DNA from: Paragordius varius
Lineage: Eukaryota > Animalia > Nematomorpha
Length of the DNA: 64,000 bases
NCBI GenBank assembly: GCA_964247055.1
Contig: OZ176054.1
Span: 1-64,000 of the forward strand
Reading direction: 5' to 3'
Under the pieces are notes generated by a model. The model did no database searches. It was not told the origin of the DNA and was given only the letters and a program-made list of their open reading frames with translations. Position numbers and translations under genes: made by a program. This document shows, in pieces, positions 36,501 to 51,500 of this stretch. Numbering within the stretch: position 1 is the stretch's first letter; each line of letters opens with the position of its first letter.

Positions 36501-39500
36501 GGACTTTAAATGTAAATTTTATGAATTTTTAAAATATTTAAAAAATTTATTTTATACGATTTTAAAAATAAAAATGGCTACCTAAAATCCAAATTTGATC
36601 AGGTGATGTCACCATAATTTTTTTTGGGTAGCCCTATGGTAGTTCCATCATCACCCCAAATATTTTGGAGATCGGGCTATAAATGTAAATTTTATGAATT
36701 TTTTAAATATTTAAAAAATTTATTTTATACGATATTAAAAATAAAAATGGCTACCTAAAATCCAAATTTGATCAGGTGATGTCGCCATAATTTTTTTTGG
36801 GTAGCCCTATGGTAGTTCCATCATCACCCCAAATATTTTGGAGATCGGGCTATAAATGTAAATTTTATGAATTTTTTAAATATTTAAAAAATTTATTTTA
36901 TACGATTTTAAAAATAAAAATGGCTACCTAAAATCCAAATTTGATCAGGTGATGTCACCATAATTTTTTTTGGGTAGCCCTATGGTAGTTCCATCATAAC
37001 CCCAAAAATTTTTGAGATCGGACTTTAAATGTAAATTTTATGAATTTTTAAAATATTTAAAAAATTTATTTTATACGATTTTAAAAATAAAAATGGCTAC
37101 CTAAAATCCAAATTTGATCAGGTGATGTCACCATAATTTTTTTTGGGTAGCCCCATGGTAGTTCCATCATCACCCCAAATATTTTGGAGATCGGGCTATA
37201 AATGTAAATTTTATGAATTTTTTAAATATTTAAAAAATTTATTTTATACGATATTAAAAATAAAAATGGCTACCTAAAATCCAAATTTGATCAGGTGATG
37301 TCGCCATAATTTTTTTTGGGTAACCTTATGGTAGTTCCATCATAACCCCAAATATTTTCGAGATCGGACTTTAAATGTAAATTTTATGAATTTTTAAAAT
37401 ATTTAAAAAATTTATTTTATACGATTTTAAAAATAAAAATGGCTACCTAAAATCCAAATTTGATCAGGTGATGTCACCATAATTTTTTTTGGGTAGCCCT
37501 ATGGTAGTTCCATCATCACCCCAAATATTTTGGAGATCGGGCTATAAATGTAAATTTTATGAATTTTTTAAATATTTAAAAAATTTATTTTATACGATTT
37601 TGAATATAAAAATGGCTACCTAAAATCCAAATTTGATCAGGTGATGTCGCCATAATTTTTTTTGGGTAGCTCTATGGTAGTTCCATCATCACCCCAAATA
37701 TTTTTGAGATCGGACTATAAATTTAATTTTTATGAATTTTTTAAATATTTAAAAAATTTATTTTATACGATTTTAAATATAAAAATGGCTACCTAAAATC
37801 CAAATTTGATCAGGTGATGTCACCATAATTTTTTTTGGGTAGCCCTATGGTAGTTCCATCATCACCCCAAATATTTTTGTGATCGGACTTTAAATGTAAA
37901 TTTTATGAATTTTTTCAATATTTAAAAAATTTATTTTATACGATTTTAAAAATAAAAATGGCTACCTAAATAAAAATGGCTACCTAAAATCCAAATTTGA
38001 TCAGGTGATGTCACCATAATTTATTTTGGGTAGCCCTATGGTAGTTCCATCATCACCCCAAATATTTTTGAGATCGGAATTTAAATGTAAATTTTATAAA
38101 TTTTTAAAATATTTAAAAAATTTATTTTATACGATTTTAAAAATAAAAATGGCTACCTAAAATCCAAATTTGATCAGGTGATGTCACCATAATTTTTTTT
38201 GGGTAGCCCTATGGTAGTTCCATCATCACCCCAAATATTTTGGAGATCGGGCTATAAATGTAAATTTTATGAATTTTTTAAATATTTAAAAAATTTATTT
38301 TATACGATTTTAAAAATAAAAATGGCTACCTAAAATCCAAATTTGATCAGGTGATGTCACCATAATTTTTTTTGGGTAGCCCTATGGTAGTTCCATCATC
38401 ACCCCAAATATTTTGGAGATCGGGCTATAAATGTAAATTTTATGAATTTTTTAAATATTTAAAAAATTTATTTTATACGATTTTAAAAATAAAAATGGCT
38501 ACCTAAAATCCAAATTTGATCAGGTGATGTCGCCATAATTTTTTTTGGGTAGCCCTATGGTAGTTCCATCATCACCCCAAATATTTTGGAGATCGGGCTA
38601 TAAATGTAAATTTTATGAATTTTTTAAATATTTAAAAAATTTATTTTATACGATTTTAAAAATAAAAATGGCTACTTAAAATCCAAATTTGATCAGGTGA
38701 TGTCACCATAATTTTTTTTGGGTAGCCCTATGGTAGTTCCATCATAACCCCAAAAATTTTTGAGATCGGACTTTAAATGTAAATTTTATGAATTTTTAAA
38801 ATATTTAAAAAATTTATTTTATACGATTTTAAAAATAAAAATGGCTACCTAAAATCCAAATTTGATCAGGTGATGTCACCATAATTTTTTTTGGGTAGCC
38901 CTATGGTAGTTCCATCATCACCCCAAATATTTTGGAGATCGGGCTATAAATGTAAATTTTATGAATTTTTTAAATATTTAAAAAATTTATTTTATACGAT
39001 ATTAAAAATAAAAATGGCTACCTAAAATCCAAATTTGATCAGGTGATGTCGCCATAATTTTTTTTGGGTAACCTTATGGTAGTTCCATCATAACCCCAAA
39101 TATTTTTGAGATCGGACTTTAAATGTAAATTTTATGAATTTTTAAAATATTTAAAAAATTTATTTTATACGATTTTAAAAATAAAAATGGCTACCTAAAA
39201 TCCAAATTTGATCAGGTGATGTCGCCATAATTTTTTTTGGGTAGCCCTATGGTAGTTCCATCATCACCCCAAATATTTTGGAGATCGGGCTATAAATGTA
39301 AATTTTATGAATTTTTTAAATATATAAAAAATTTATTTTATACGATTTTAAAAATAAAAATGGCTACTTAAAATCCAAATTTGATCAGGTGATGTCACCA
39401 TAATTTTTTTTGGGTAGCCCTATGGTAGTTCCATCATAACCCCAAAAATTTTTGAGATCGGACTTTAAATGTAAATTTTATGAATTTTTAAAATATTTAA

Positions 39501-42500
39501 AAAATTTATTTTATACGATTTTAAAAATAAAAATGGCTACCTAAAATCCAAATTTGATCAGGTGATGTCACCATAATTTTTTTTGGGTAGCCCTATGGTA
39601 GTTCCATCATCACCCCAAATATTTTGGAGATCGGGCTATAAATGTAAATTTTATGAATTTTTTAAATATTTAAAAAATTTATTTTATATGATTTTAAATA
39701 TAAAAATGGCTACCTAAAATCCAAATTTGATCAGGTGATGTCACCATAATTTTTTTTGGGTAGCCCTATGGTAGTTCCATCATCACCCCAAATATTTTGG
39801 AGATCGGGCTATAAATGTAAATTTTATGAATTTTTTAAATATTAAAAAAATTTATTTTATACGATTTTAAAAATAAAAATGGCTACCTAAAATCCAAATT
39901 TGATCAGGTGATGTCACCATAATTTTTTTTGGGTAGCCCTATGGTAGTTCCATCATCACCCCAAATATTTTTGTGATCGGACTTTAAATGTAAATTTTAT
40001 GAATTTTTTCAATATTTAAAAAATTTATTTTATACGATTTTAAAAATAAAAATGGCTACCTAAATAAAAATGGCTACCTAAAATCCAAATTTGATCAGGT
40101 GATGTCACCATAATTTATTTTGGGTAGCCCTATGGTAGTTCCATCATCACCCCAAATATTTTTGAGATCGGAATTTAAATGTAAATTTTATAAATTTTTA
40201 AAATATTTAAAAAATTTATTTTATACGATTTTAAAAATAAAAATGGCTACCTAAAATCCAAATTTGATCAGGTGATGTCACCATAATTTTTTTTGGGTAG
40301 CCCTATGGTAGTTCCATCATCACCCCAAATATTTTGGAGATCGGGCTATAAATGTAAATTTTATGAATTTTTTAAATATTTAAAAAATTTATTTTATACG
40401 ATTTTAAAAATAAAAATGGCTACCTAAAATCCAAATTTGATCAGGTGATGTCACCATAATTTTTTTTGGGTAGCCCTATGGTAGTTCCATCATCACCCCA
40501 AATATTTTGGAGATCGGGCTATAAATGTAAATTTTATGAATTTTTTAAATATTTAAAAAATTTATTTTATACGATTTTAAAAATAAAAATGGCTACCTAA
40601 AATCCAAATTTGATCAGGTGATGTCGCCATAATTTTTTTTGGGTAGCCCTATGGTAGTTCCATCATCACCCCAAATATTTTGGAGATCGGGCTATAAATG
40701 TAAATTTTATGAATTTTTTAAATATTTAAAAAATTTATTTTATACGATTTTAAAAATAAAAATGGCTACTTAAAATCCAAATTTGATCAGGTGATGTCAC
40801 CATAATTTTTTTTGGGTAGCCCTATGGTAGTTCCATCATAACCCCAAAAATTTTTGAGATCGGACTTTAAATGTAAATTTTATGAATTTTTAAAATATTT
40901 AAAAAATTTATTTTATACGATTTTAAAAATAAAAATGGCTACCTAAAATCCAAATTTGATCAGGTGATGTCACCATAATTTTTTTTGGGTAGCCCTATGG
41001 TAGTTCCATCATCACCCCAAATATTTTGGAGATCGGGCTATAAATGTAAATTTTATGAATTTTTTAAATATTTAAAAAATTTATTTTATACGATATTAAA
41101 AATAAAAATGGCTACCTAAAATCCAAATTTGATCAGGTGATGTCGCCATAATTTTTTTTGGGTAACCTTATGGTAGTTCCATCATAACCCCAAATATTTT
41201 TGAGATCGGACTTTAAATGTAAATTTTATGAATTTTTAAAATATTTAAAAAATTTATTTTATACGATTTTAAAAATAAAAATGGCTACCTAAAATCCAAA
41301 TTTGATCAGGTGATGTCACCATAATTTTTTTTGGGTAGCCCTATGGTAGTTCCATCATCACCCCAAATATTTTGGAGATCGGGCTATAAATGTAAATTTT
41401 ATGAATTTTTTAAATATTTAAAAAATTTATTTTATACGATTTTAAAAATAAAAATGGCTACCTAAAATCCAAATTTGATCAGGTGATGTCACCATAATTT
41501 TTTTTGGGTAGCCCTATGGTAGTTCCATCATCACCCCAAATATTTTGGAGATCGGGCTATAAATGTAAATTTTATGAATTTTTTAAATATTTAAAAAATT
41601 TATTTTATACGATTTTAAAAATAAAAATGGCTACATAAAATCCAAATTTGATCAGGTGATGTCGCCATAATTTTTTTTGGGTAGCCCTATGGTAGTTCCA
41701 TCATCACCCCAAATATTTTGGAGATCGGGCTATAAATGTAAATTTTATGAATTTTTTAAATATTTAAAAAATTTATTTTATACGATTTTAAAAATAAAAA
41801 TGGCTACCTAAAATCCAAATTTGATCAGGTGATGTCACCATAATTTTTTTTGGGTAGCCCTATGGTAGTTTCATCATAACCCCAAAAATTTTTGAGATCG
41901 GACTTTAAATGTAAATTTTATGAATTTTTAAAATATTTAAAAAATTTATTTTATACGATTTTAAAAATAAAAATGGCTACCTAAAATCCAAATTTGATCA
42001 GGTGATGTCACCATAATTTTTTTTGGGTAGCCCTATGGTAGTTCCATCATCACCCCAAATATTTTGGAGATCGGGCTATAAATGTAAATTTTATAAATTT
42101 TTTAAATATTTAAAAAATTTATTTTATACGATATTAAAAATAAAAATGGCTACCTAAAATCCAAATTTGATCAGGTGATGTCGCCATAATTTTTTTTGGG
42201 TAACCTTATGGTAGTTCCATCATAACCCCAAATATTTTTGAGATCGGACTTTAAATGTAAATTTTATGAATTTTTAAAATATTTAAAAAATTTATTTTAT
42301 ACGATTTTAAAAATAAAAATGGCTACCTAAAATCCAAATTTGATCAGGTGATGTCACCATAATTTTTTTTGGGTAGCCCTATGGTAGTTCCATCATCACC
42401 CCAAATATTTTGGAGATCGGGCTATAAATGTAAATTTTATGAATTTTTTAAATATTTAAAAAATTTATTTTATACGATTTTAAAAATAAAAATGGCTACC

Positions 42501-45500
42501 TAAAATCCAAATTTGATCAGGTGATGTCGCCATAATTTTTTTTGGGTAGCCCTATGGTAGTTCCATCATCACCCCAAATATTTTGGAGATCGGGCTATAA
42601 ATGTAAATTTTATGAATTTTTTAAATATTTAAAAAATTTATTTTATACGATTTTAAAAATAAAAATGGCTACCTAAAATCCAAATTTGATCAGGTGATGT
42701 CACCATAATTTTTTTTGGGTAGCCCTATGGTAGTTCCATCATAACCCCAAATATTTTTGAGATCGGACTTTAAATGTAAATTTTATGAATTTTTAAAATA
42801 TTTAAAAAATTTATTTTATACGATTTTAAAAATAAAAATGGCTACCTAAAATCCAAATTTGATCAGGTGATGTCACCATAATTTTTTTTGGGTAGCCCTA
42901 TGGTAGTTCCATCATCACCCCAAATATTTTGGAGATCGGGATATAAATGTAAATTTTATGAATTTTTAAATATTTAAAAAATTTATTTTATACGATTTTA
43001 AAAATAAAAATGGCTACCTAAAATCCAAATTTGATCAGGTGATGTCACCATAATTTTTTTTGGGTAGCCCTATGGTAGTTCCATCATCACCCCAAATATT
43101 TTTGTGATCGGACTTTAAATGTAAATTTTATGTTTTTAAATATTTAAAAAATTTATTTTATACGATTTTAAAAATAAAAATGGCTACCTAAAATCCAAAT
43201 TTGATCAGGTGATGTCACCATAATTTTTTTTGGGTAGCCCTATGGTAGTTCCATCATAACCCCAAATATTTTTCAGATCGGACTTTAAATGTAAATTTTA
43301 TGAATTTTTAAAATATTTAAAAAATTTATTTTATACGATTTTAAAAATAAAAATGGCTACCTAAAATCCAAATTTGATCAGGTGATGTCACCATAATTTT
43401 TTTTGGGTAGCCCTATGGTAGTTCCATCATCACCCCAAATATTTTGGAGATCGGGCTATAAATGTAAATTTTATGAATTTTTTAAATATTTAAAAAATTT
43501 ATTTTATACGATTTTAAAAATAAAAATGGCTACCTAAAATCCAAATTCAGGTGATGTCGCCATAATTATATTTGGGTAGCCCTATGGTAGTTCCATCATC
43601 ACCCCAAATATTTTGGAGATCGGGCTATAAATGTAAATTTTATGAATTTTTTAAATATTTAAAAAATTTATATTATACGATTTTAAAAATAAAAATAGCT
43701 ACCTAAAATCCAAATTTGATCAGGTGATGTCGCCATAATTTTTTTTGGGTAGCCCTATGGTAGTTCTATTATAACCCCAAATATTTTTGAGATCAGACTT
43801 TAAATGTAAATTTTATGAATTTTTAAAATATTTAAAAAATTTATTTTATACGATTTTAAAAATAAAAATGGCTACCTAAAATCCAAATTTGATCAGGTGA
43901 TGTCACCATAATTCTTTTGGGTAGCCCTATGGTAGTTCCATCATCACCCCAAATATTTTGGAGATCGGGATATAAATGTAAATTTTATGAATTTTTAAAT
44001 ATTTAAAAAATTTATTTTATACGATTTTAAAAATAAAAATGGCTACCTAAAATCAAATTTGATCAGGTGATGTCACCATAATTTTTTTTGGGTAGCCCTA
44101 TGGTAGTTCCATCATCACCCCAAATATTTTTGTGATCGGACTTTAAATGTAAATTTTATGAATTTTTTAAATATTTAAAAAATTTATTTTATACGATTTT
44201 AAAAATAAAAATGGCTACCTAAAATCCAAATTTGATCAGGTGATGTCACCATAATTTTTTTTGGGTAGCCCTATGGTAGTTCCATCATAACCCCAAATAT
44301 TTTTCAGATCGGACTTTAAATGTAAATTTTATGAATTTTTAAAATATTTAAAAAATTTATTTTATACGATTTTAAAAATAAAAATGGCTACCTAAAATCC
44401 AAATTTGATCAGGTGATGTCACCATAATTTTTTTTGGGTAGCCCTATGGTAGTTCCATCATCACCCCAAATATTTTGGAGATCGGGCTATAAATGTAAAT
44501 TTTATGAATTTTTTAATTATTTAAAAAATTTATTTTATACGATTTTAAAAATAAAAATGGCTACCTAAAATCCAAATTTGATCAGGTGATGTCACCATAA
44601 TTTTTTTTGGGTAGCCCTATGGTAGTTCCATCATCACGCCAAATATTTTGGAGATCGGGCTATAAATGTAAATTTTATGAATTTTTTAAATATTTAAAAA
44701 ATTTATTTTATACGATTTTTAAAATAAAAATGGCTACCTAAAATCCAAATTTGATCAGGTGATGTCGCCATAATTTTTTTTGGTTAACCTTATGGTAGTT
44801 CCATCATAACCCCAAATATTTTTGAGATCGGACTTTAAATGTAAATTTTATGAATTTTTAAAATATTTAAAAAATTTATTTTATACGATTTTAAAAATAA
44901 AAATGGCTACCTAAAATCCAAATTTGATCAGGTGATGTCACCATAATTTTTTTTGGGTAGCCCTATGGTAGTTCCATCATCACCCCAAATATTTTGGAGA
45001 TCGGGCTATAAATGTAAATTTTATGAATTTTTTAAATATTTAAAAAATTTATTTTATACGATTTTAAAATTTAAAATGGCTACCTAAAATCCAAATTTGA
45101 TCAGGTGATGTCGCCATAATTTTTTTGGGTAGCCCTATGGTAGTTCCATCATCACCCCAAATATTTTGGAGATCGGGCTATAAATGTAAATTTTATGAAT
45201 TTTTTAAATATTTAAAAAATTTATTTTATACGATTTTAAAAATTAAAATGGCTACCTAAAATCCAAATTTGATCAGGTGATGTCACCATAATTTTTTTTG
45301 GGTAGCCCTATGGTAGTTCCATCATAACCCCAAATATTTTTGAGATCGGACTTTAAATGTAAATTTTATGAATTTTTAAAATATTTAAAAAATTTATTTT
45401 ATACGATTTTAAAAATAAAAATGGCTACCTAAAATCCAAATTTGATCAGGTGATGTCACCATAATTTTTTTTCGGTAGCCCTATGGTAGTTCCATCATCA

Positions 45501-48500
45501 CCCCAAATATTTTGTAGATCGGGCTATAAATGTAAATTTTATGAATTTTTTAAATATTTAAAAAATTTATTTTATACGATTTTAAAAATAAAAATGGCTA
45601 CCTAAAATCCAAATTTGATCAGGTGATGTCGCCATAATTTTTTTTGGGTAGCCCTATGGTAGTTCCATCATCACCCCAAATATTTTGGAGATCGGGCTAT
45701 AAATGTAAATTTTATGAATTTTTAAAATATTTAAAAAATTTATTTTATACGATTTTAAAAATAAAAATGGCTACCTAAAATCCAAATTTGATCAGGTGAT
45801 GTCGCCATAATTTTTTTTGGGTAGCCCTATGGTAGTTCCATCATAACCCCAAATATTTTTGAGATCGGACTTTAAATGTAAATTTTATGAATTTTTAAAA
45901 TATTTAAAAAATTTATTTTATACGATTTTAAAAATAAAAATGGCTACCTAAAATCCAAATTTGATCAGGTGATGTCACCATAATTTTTTTTGGGTAGCCC
46001 TATGGTAGTTCCATCATCACCCTAAATATTTTGTAGATCGGGCTATAAATGTAAATTTTATGAATTTTTTAAATATTTAAAAAATTTATTTTATACGATT
46101 TTAAAAATAAAAATGGCTACCTAAAATCCAAATTTGATCAGGTGATGTCGCCATAATTTTTTTTGGGTAACCTTATGGTAGTTCCATCATAACCCCAAAT
46201 ATTTTTGAGATCGGACTTTAAATGTAAATTTTATGAATTTTTAAAATATTTAAAAAATTTATTTTATACGATTTTAAAAATAAAAATGGCTACCTAAAAT
46301 CCAAATTTGATCAGGTGATGTCACCATAATTTTTTTTGGGTAGCCCTATGGTAGTTCCATCATAACCCCAAATATTTTTGAGATCGGACTTTAAATGTAA
46401 ATTTTATGAATTTTTAAAATATTTAAAAAATTTATTTTATACGATTTTAAAAATAAAAATGGCTACCTAAAATCCAAATTTGATCAGGTGATGTCACCAT
46501 AATTTTTTTTGGGTAGCCCTATGGTAGTTCCATCATCACCCCAAATATTTTGGAGATCGGGCTATAAATGTAAATTTTATGAATTTTTTAAATATTTAAA
46601 AAATTTATTTTATACGATTTTAAAAATAAAAATGGCTACCTAAAATCCAAATTTGATCAGGTGATGTCGCCATAATTTTTTTTGGGTAGCCCTATGGTAG
46701 TTCCATCATCACCCTAAATATTTTGGAGATCGGGCTATAAATGTAAATTTTATGAATTTTTTAAATATTTAAAAAATTTATTTTATACGATTTTAAAAAT
46801 AAAAATGGCTACCTAAAATCCAAATTTGATCAGGTGTCACCATAATTTTTTTTGGGTAGCCCTATGTTAGTTCCATCATCACCCCAAATATTTTGGAGAT
46901 CGGGCTATAAATGTAATTTTTATGAATTTTTTAAATATTTAAAAAATTTATTTTATACGATTTTAAAAATAAAAATGGCTACCTAAAATCCAAATTTGAT
47001 CAGGTGATGTCGCCATAATTTTTTTTGGGTAGCCCTATGGTAGTTCCATCATCACCCCAAATATTTTGGAGATCGGGCTATAAATGTAAATTTTATGAAT
47101 TTTTTAAATATTAAAAAATTTATTTTATACGATTTTAAAAATAAAAATGGCTACCTAAAATCCAAATTTGATCAGGTGATGTCACCATAATTTTTTTTGG
47201 GTAGCCCTATGGTAGTTCCATCATCACGCCAAATATTTAGAGATCGGGCTATAAATGTAAATTTTATGAATTTTTTAAATATTTAAAAAATTTATTTTAT
47301 ACGATTTTAAAAATAAAAATGGCTACCTAAAATCCAAATTTGATCAGGTGATGTCACTATAGTTTTTTTATGTAGCCCTATGGTAGTTCCATCATCACCC
47401 CAAATATTTTGGGGATCGGACTATAAATGTAATTTTTATGAATTTTTTAAATATTTAAAAAATTTATTTTATACGATTTTAAAATAAAAATGGCTACCTA
47501 AAATCCAAATTTGATCAGGTGATGTCAACATAATTTTTTTTGGGTAGCCCTATGGTAGTTCCATTATCACCCCAAATATTTTCGAGATCGGAGTATAAAT
47601 GTAATTTTTATGAATTTTTTAAATATTTAAAAAATTTATTTTATACGATTTTAAAAATAAAAATGGCTACCTAAAATCCAAATTTGATCCGGTGATGTCG
47701 CCATAATTTTTTTTGGGTAGCCCTATGGTAGTTCCATCATCACCCCAAATATTTTCGAAATCGGAGTATAAATGTAATTTTTATGAATTTTTTAAATATT
47801 TAAAAAATTTATTTTATACGATTTTAAATATAAAAATGGCTACCTAAAATCCAAATTTGATCAGGTGATGTCACCATAATTTTTTTTGGGTAGCCCTATG
47901 GTAGTTCCATCATCACCCCAAATATTTTGGAGATCGGGCTATAAATGTAAATTTTATGAATTTTTTAAATATTTAAAAAATTTATTTTATATGATTTTAA
48001 AAATAAAAATGGCTACCTAAAATCAAAATTTGATCAGGTGATGTCGCCATAATTTTTTTTGGGTAACATGGTAGTTCCATCATAACTTCAAATATTTTTG
48101 AGATCGGACTTTAAATGTAAATTTTATGAATTTTTTAAATATTTAAAAAATTTATTTTATACGATTTTAAATATAAAAATGGCTACCTAAAATCCAAATT
48201 TGATCAGGTGATGTCGCCATAATTTTTTTTGGGTAGCCCTATGGTAGTTCCATCATCACCCCAAAATTTTTGAGATAGGACTATAAATTTAATTTTTATG
48301 AATTTTTTAAATATTTAAAAAATTTATTTTATACGATTTTAAATATAAAAATGGCTACCTAAAATCCAAATTTGATCAGGTGATGTCGCCATAATTTTTT
48401 TTGGGTAGCCCTATGGTAGTTCCATCATCACCCCAAATATTTTGGAGATCGGGCTATAAATGTAAATTTTATGAATTTTTTAAATATTTAAAAAATTTAT

Positions 48501-51500
48501 TTTATATGATTTTAAATATAAAAATGGCTACCTAAAATCCAAATTTGATCAGGTGATGTCACCATAATTTTTTTTGGGTAGCCCTATGGTAGTTCCATCA
48601 TCACCCCAAATATTTTGGAGATCGGGCTATAAATGTAAATTTTATGAATTTTTTAAATATTTAAAAAATTTATTTTATACGATTTTAAAAATAAAAATGG
48701 CTACCTAAAATCCAAATTTGATCAGGTGATGTCACCATAATTTTTTTTGGGTAGCCCTATGGTAGTTCCATCATCACCCCAAATATTTTTGTGATCGGAC
48801 TTTAAATGTAAATTTTATGAATTTTTTAAATATTTAAAAAATTTATTTTATACGATTTTAAAAATAAAAATGGCTACCTAAATAAAAATGGGTACCTAAA
48901 ATCCAAATTTGATCAGGTGATGTCACCATAATTTTTTTTGGGTAGCCCTATGGTAGTTCCATCCTCACCCCAAATATTTTGGAGATCGGGCTATAAATGT
49001 AAATTTTATGAATTTTTTAAGTATTTAAAAAATTTATTTTATATGATTTTAAATATAAAAATGGCTACCTAAAATCCAAATTTGATCAGGTGATGTCACC
49101 ATAATTTTTTTTGGGTAGCCCTATGGTAGTTCCATCATCACCCCAAATATTTTGGAGATCGGGCTATAAATGTAAATTTTATGAATTTTTTAAATATTTA
49201 AAAAATTTATTTTATACGATTTTAAAAATAAAAATGGCTACCTAAAATCCAAATTTAATCAGGTGATGTCACCATAATTTTTTTTGGGTAGCCCTATGGT
49301 AGTTCCATCATCACCCCAAATATTTTGGAGATCGGGCTATAAATGTAAATTTTATGAATTTTTTAAATATTTAAAAAATTTATTTTATACGATTTTAAAA
49401 ATAAAAATGGCTACCTAAAATCCAAATTTGATCAGGTGATGTCACCATAATTTTTTTTGGGTAGCCCTATGGTAGTTCCATCATCACCCCAAATATTTTG
49501 GAGATCGGTTTATAAATGTAAATATTATGAATTTTTTAAATATTTAAAAAATTTATTTTATACGATTTTTAATATAAAAATGGCTACCTAAAATCCAAAT
49601 TTGATCAGGTGATGTCGCCATAATTTTTTTTGGGTAGCCCTATGGTAGTTCCATCATCACCCCAAATATTTTTGAGATCGGACTATAAATGTAATTTTTA
49701 TGAATTTTTTAAATATTTAAAAAATTTATTTTATACGATTTTAAATATAAAAATGGCTACCTAAAATCCAAATTTGATCAGGTGATGTCACCATAATTTT
49801 TTTTGGGTAGCCCTATGGTAGTTCCATCATCACCCCAAATATTTTGGAGATCGGGCTATAAATGTAAATTTTATGAATTTTTTAAATATTTAAAAAATTT
49901 ATTTTATATGATTTTAAATATAAAAATGGCTACCTAAAATCCAAATTTGATCAGGTGATGTCACCATAATTTTTTTTGGGTAGCCCTATGGTAGTTCCAT
50001 CATCACCCCAAATATTTTGGAGATCGGGCTATAAATGTAAATTTTATGAATTTTTTAAATATTTAAAAAATTTATTTTATACGATTTTAAAAATAAAAAT
50101 GGCTACCTAAAATCCAAATTTGATCAGGTGTCACCATAATTTTTTTTGGGTAGCCCTATGTTAGTTCCATCATCACCATAAATATTTTCGAGATCGGAGT
50201 ATAAATGTAATTTTTATGAATTTTTTAAATATTTAAAAAATTTATTTTATACGATTTTAAAAATAAAAATGGCTACCTAAAATCCAAATTTGATCAGGTG
50301 ATGTCACTATAATTTTTTTATGTAGCCCTATGGTAGTTCCATCATCACCCCAAATATTTTGGGGATCGGACTATAAATGTAATTTTTATGAATTTTTTAA
50401 ATATTTAAAAAATTTATTTTATACGATTTTAAAATAAAAATGGCTACCTAAAATCCAAATTTGATCAGGTGATGTCAACATAATTTTTTTTGGGTAGCCC
50501 TATGGTAGTTCCATTATCACCCCAAATATTTTCGAGATCGGAGTATAAATGTAATTTTTATGAATTTTTTAAATATTTAAAAAATTTATTTTATACGATT
50601 TTAAAAATAAAAATGGCTACCTAAAATCCAAATTTGATCAGGTGTCACCATAATTTTTTTTGGGTAGCCCTATGTTAGTTCCATCATCACCATAAATATT
50701 TTCGAGATCGGAGTATAAATGTAATTTTTATGAATTTTTTAAATATTTAAAAAATTTATTTTATACGATTTTAAAAATAAAAATGGCTACCTAAAATCCA
50801 AATTTGATCAGGTGATGTCACTATAATTTTTTTATGTAGCCCTATGGTAGTTCCATCATCACCCCAAATATTTTGGGGATCGGACTATAAATGTAATTTT
50901 TATGAATTTTTTAAATATTTAAAAAATTTATTTTATACGATTTTAAAATAAAAATGGCTACCTAAAATCCAAATTTGATCAGGTGATGTCAACATAATTT
51001 TTTTTGGGTAGCCCTATGGTAGTTCCATTATCACCCCAAATATTTTCGAGATCGGAGTATAAATGTAATTTTTATGAATTTTTTAAATATTTAAAAAATT
51101 TATTTTATACGATTTTAAAAATAAAAATGGCTACCTAAAATCCAAATTTGATCCGGTGATGTCGCATAATTTTTTTTGGGTAGCCCTATGGTAGTTCCAT
51201 CATCACCCCAAATATTTTCGAGATCGGAGTATAAATGTAATTTTTATGAATTTTTTAAATATTTAAAAAATTTATTTTATACGATTTTAAATATAAAAAT
51301 GGCTACCTAAAATCCAAATTTGATCAGGTGATGTCACCATAATTTTTTTTGGGTAGCCCTATGGTAGTTCCATCATCACCCCAAATATTTTGGAGATCGG
51401 GCTATAAATGTAAATTTTATGAATTTTTTAAATATTTAAAAAATTTATTTTATATGATTTTAAAAATAAAAATGGCTACCTAAAATCAAAATTTGATCAG

